Positions 27,262-29,352 of a DNA stretch of 29,352 nt are shown in pieces (the stretch's first letter is position 1; every line of letters begins with the position of its first letter). Where the stretch lies: the NCBI GenBank assembly GCA_016302725.1, contig JAEDNB010000001.1, positions 1-29,352 of the forward strand. Reading direction: 5' to 3'. The notes beneath the pieces were generated by a model, which saw only the letters and a program-made list of their open reading frames with translations, had not been told where the DNA came from and did not search any database. The position numbers and the translations under genes are program-made. The stretch comes from Lentisphaeria bacterium (GTDB taxonomy: Bacteria > Verrucomicrobiota > Lentisphaeria > Oligosphaerales > Oligosphaeraceae).

Positions 27262-28461
27262 ATGTTCATGGAACCCACCTTCCGCTGGTATGGCCCCGAG
27301 GATCCCGTGCCCCTGGCACACATCCCCCAGACGGGCGCCACCGGCATTGTCTCCTCCCTCCACTACATCCCCTACGGGGTGCTGTGGACCCAGGACGCCA
27401 TCCTGGAGCGCAAGAAGATGATCGAGGATGCCGGCCTGACCTGGAGTGTGGTGGAGAGCCTGCCGGTCCATGAGGACATCAAGACGGGCGGCCGTTCCTG
27501 CCGCCGCTACATCGAACTCTACAAGCAGTCCATCCGCAACCTGGGCAAGGTCGGCCCCAAGGTCATCACCTACAATTTCATGCCGGTGCTGGACTGGGTG
27601 CGCACCGACTTGCACCACCGCCTCCCCGACGGCTCCACCGTCCTCTATTTCAACCGGCTGGAATTCGCGGTCTTTGAACTCTTCATCCTCCGACGCATGG
27701 GAGCGGAGGATGACTACACGCCGGAGGAGGTGAAGGCCGCCGAGGAAAAATACCGCTCCATGACCGACCACGAGCGCTTTGTCCTCCGACGCTCCATCAT
27801 CGACAATTTCCCCGGCTTCAAGGGCGTCACCCTGGAGGACATCCAGGCCATGCTGGCCAAATACGAGGGCTTCACCCGGGAGCGCCTGGCGGAGAACCTC
27901 TACAATTTCCTCAGCCAGGTGGTGCCTGTGGCCGAGGAGTGCGGATGCCGCCTGGTCATCCATCCCGACGACCCGCCCCGCTCCATCCTGGGCCTCCCCC
28001 GGATCTTCAGCACCATCGACGACATCGCCGCCCTGCTGAAGATGGTGGACAGCCCCGCCAACGGGGTCTGCTTCTGCGCCGGCAGTTTCAGCGCACGGAC
28101 CGACAACGACGTGGTGAAGATGTTCAAGTCCTGCGCCTCCCGGGTGGGCTTTGTGCACCTCCGCAGCACCCAGGTGGAACCCAACGGCGACTTCTATGAG
28201 GCGGACCACCTGGGCGGACGGGTGGACATGTACGAGCTGGTGAAGGCCATCTGCGAGGAGCAGATCCGCCGGCGGAAGGAGGGCCGTGAGGACTGGCGCC
28301 TGCCGGTGCGCCCCGACCATGGGGCGGACATCATGGACGACCTCCTGAAGCCCGCCAATCCCAACCCCGGCTACGGCGGGATTGGGCGGATGCGGGGCCT
28401 GGCCACCATCCGTGGCCTGGAGACGGGCATCATGCGCTCCTGCTATCCCGAGGAACTGTAG
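27262..28461 (+). CDS. uxuA: Mannonate dehydratase
   Basis: FRWYGPEDPV, WSVVESLPVHEDIK, YNFMPVLDWVRT, IHPDDPP, HLRS, RPDHG, PGY..IGR.RGL. Confidence 0.96.
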   Translation: MFMEPTFRWYGPEDPVPLAHIPQTGATGIVSSLHYIPYGVLWTQDAILERKKMIEDAGLTWSVVESLPVHEDIKTGGRSCRRYIELYKQSIRNLGKVGPKVITYNFMPVLDWVRTDLHHRLPDGSTVLYFNRLEFAVFELFILRRMGAEDDYTPEEVKAAEEKYRSMTDHERFVLRRSIIDNFPGFKGVTLEDIQAMLAKYEGFTRERLAENLYNFLSQVVPVAEECGCRLVIHPDDPPRSILGLPRIFSTIDDIAALLKMVDSPANGVCFCAGSFSARTDNDVVKMFKSCASRVGFVHLRSTQVEPNGDFYEADHLGGRVDMYELVKAICEEQIRRRKEGREDWRLPVRPDHGADIMDDLLKPANPNPGYGGIGRMRGLATIRGLETGIMRSCYPEEL

Positions 28462-28502
28462 CCCCCTCTTCCCTTGCCCTTCCTTTCCCCTTCCTCTTTT
28501 CC

Positions 28503-29352
28503 ATGGACAATACTGAACGCCTTGCCCTCTTCCGCAGTGCGGAGACCATTGAAGCCCTGCAGCCTGCCTTCCAGGAACTCCTGAAGGAGCAGCCGGCGGA
28601 CCTCCCCCCCCTTCTCCAGGAGGCGCTGGAGGGACTCGCGGAGCAACCGAAGCGCCTGGCCGACGCCCAGGAGCGGCGGCTGCTTTCCCGGGCGTTCCTG
28701 CTGGCGGGGATGGCTCCCTGCCCCCAGGTCTATCCGCTGGTGCTGCGGATTCTGCTGTCCCCGGAGTTTGGGGAGAATGTGGCCCGGGAGGACTGGCTGT
28801 CCAGCGAGATCTCCCGTCTGCTGGGAATCCTGTCCCCGGAGGATGGGGTTCCGGCGTTGATGGAGGCGTTGCTGGATGAATCGGTATGCCAGGTGGTTTC
28901 CGAGCAGTTGCTGCTGACCCTTTCCTGCCGTTGGATTGCCCGCCGGGATTCCGACTCCGCCTTCCTGGAGTGCATTCGCCGCCTGCTCACGGGGTTGCCG
29001 GAGCGGAAGGTGGACTTTGAGATGGCGATGGCCCTGGTCATCAACGCGGTGGCGGTGGGGGGGGACCAGCTGAAGCCCCAGGTCTTCGCCTTCTACAAGG
29101 CCCACGCCGCCCTCCTTTCCGACCGCCTGGCCGAGAAGAATCTCCAGAATTTCTTCGACTTGGGGCGGCAGCGCATCAAGGCCATGCTCACCGGGAACTA
29201 CATGGGAGGCTACGGGCCCCTGCCCGCCGAACTGGACCGCCTGGTGAACTACGCCTCCATCGCCCAGAAGGAGGAGGAGCCCACCACCCTCAAGGCCCTG
29301 CCCCCCATCACCCGGGACCGCCCCAAGGTGGGGCGCAACGAACCCTGCCCCT
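28503..29352 (+). CDS. Helical-repeat protein with a C-terminal SEC-C motif; runs off the right edge
   Basis: Manual translation from ATG 28503 (MDNTERLALF...) stays open to the edge, ending PITRDRPKVGRNEPCP (start of the SEC-C metal-binding motif). Confidence 0.85.
   Translation, partial: MDNTERLALFRSAETIEALQPAFQELLKEQPADLPPLLQEALEGLAEQPKRLADAQERRLLSRAFLLAGMAPCPQVYPLVLRILLSPEFGENVAREDWLSSEISRLLGILSPEDGVPALMEALLDESVCQVVSEQLLLTLSCRWIARRDSDSAFLECIRRLLTGLPERKVDFEMAMALVINAVAVGGDQLKPQVFAFYKAHAALLSDRLAEKNLQNFFDLGRQRIKAMLTGNYMGGYGPLPAELDRLVNYASIAQKEEEPTTLKALPPITRDRPKVGRNEPCP

Noticed and set aside
1702..28320. Many long antisense or alternative-frame ORFs (e.g. 1702..3654 +, 8108..9748 +, 14054..15850 +, 19183..21258 -, 22829..25039 -, 25975..28320 -)
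   Set aside because: Shadow ORFs of well-supported genes in high-GC DNA, with no recognisable motifs.

Overview
GC-rich bacterial chromosomal window, most consistent with the PVC superphylum (Lentisphaerota-like; inferred from gene content and the pilin N-terminus, not proven). Left half, almost all minus strand: pseudopilin (partial), a large secreted unknown protein, dnaN preceded by an oriC-like DnaA-box/DnaA-trio region, a long divergent prs, a small stop-interrupted ORF, and the run argF-pyrB-ldcA-TPR-lptE-like-ispF-gcvH-rpmH-rnpA-yidD-yidC-jag. No dnaA is present. After a ~750 bp AT-rich, repeat-containing divergent gap, the plus strand carries a winged-helix protein coupled to a divergent tubulin/FtsZ-superfamily GTPase (a TubR/TubZ-like arrangement), a Ser/Thr kinase, an orphan ABC substrate-binding protein, a double-domain PilT ATPase, eda-kdgK-uxuA and a SEC-C protein (partial). 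The two most interesting signals are (1) the apparently chromosomal wHTH + tubulin-like (+ kinase) module with upstream repeats and (2) three sharp local C/A-to-G/T strand-skew inversions (~5.2, ~17.6, ~25.2 kb), each at copies of a TAGTGTAGT/ACTACACTA motif. All calls come from motif recognition by eye; no searches were run.
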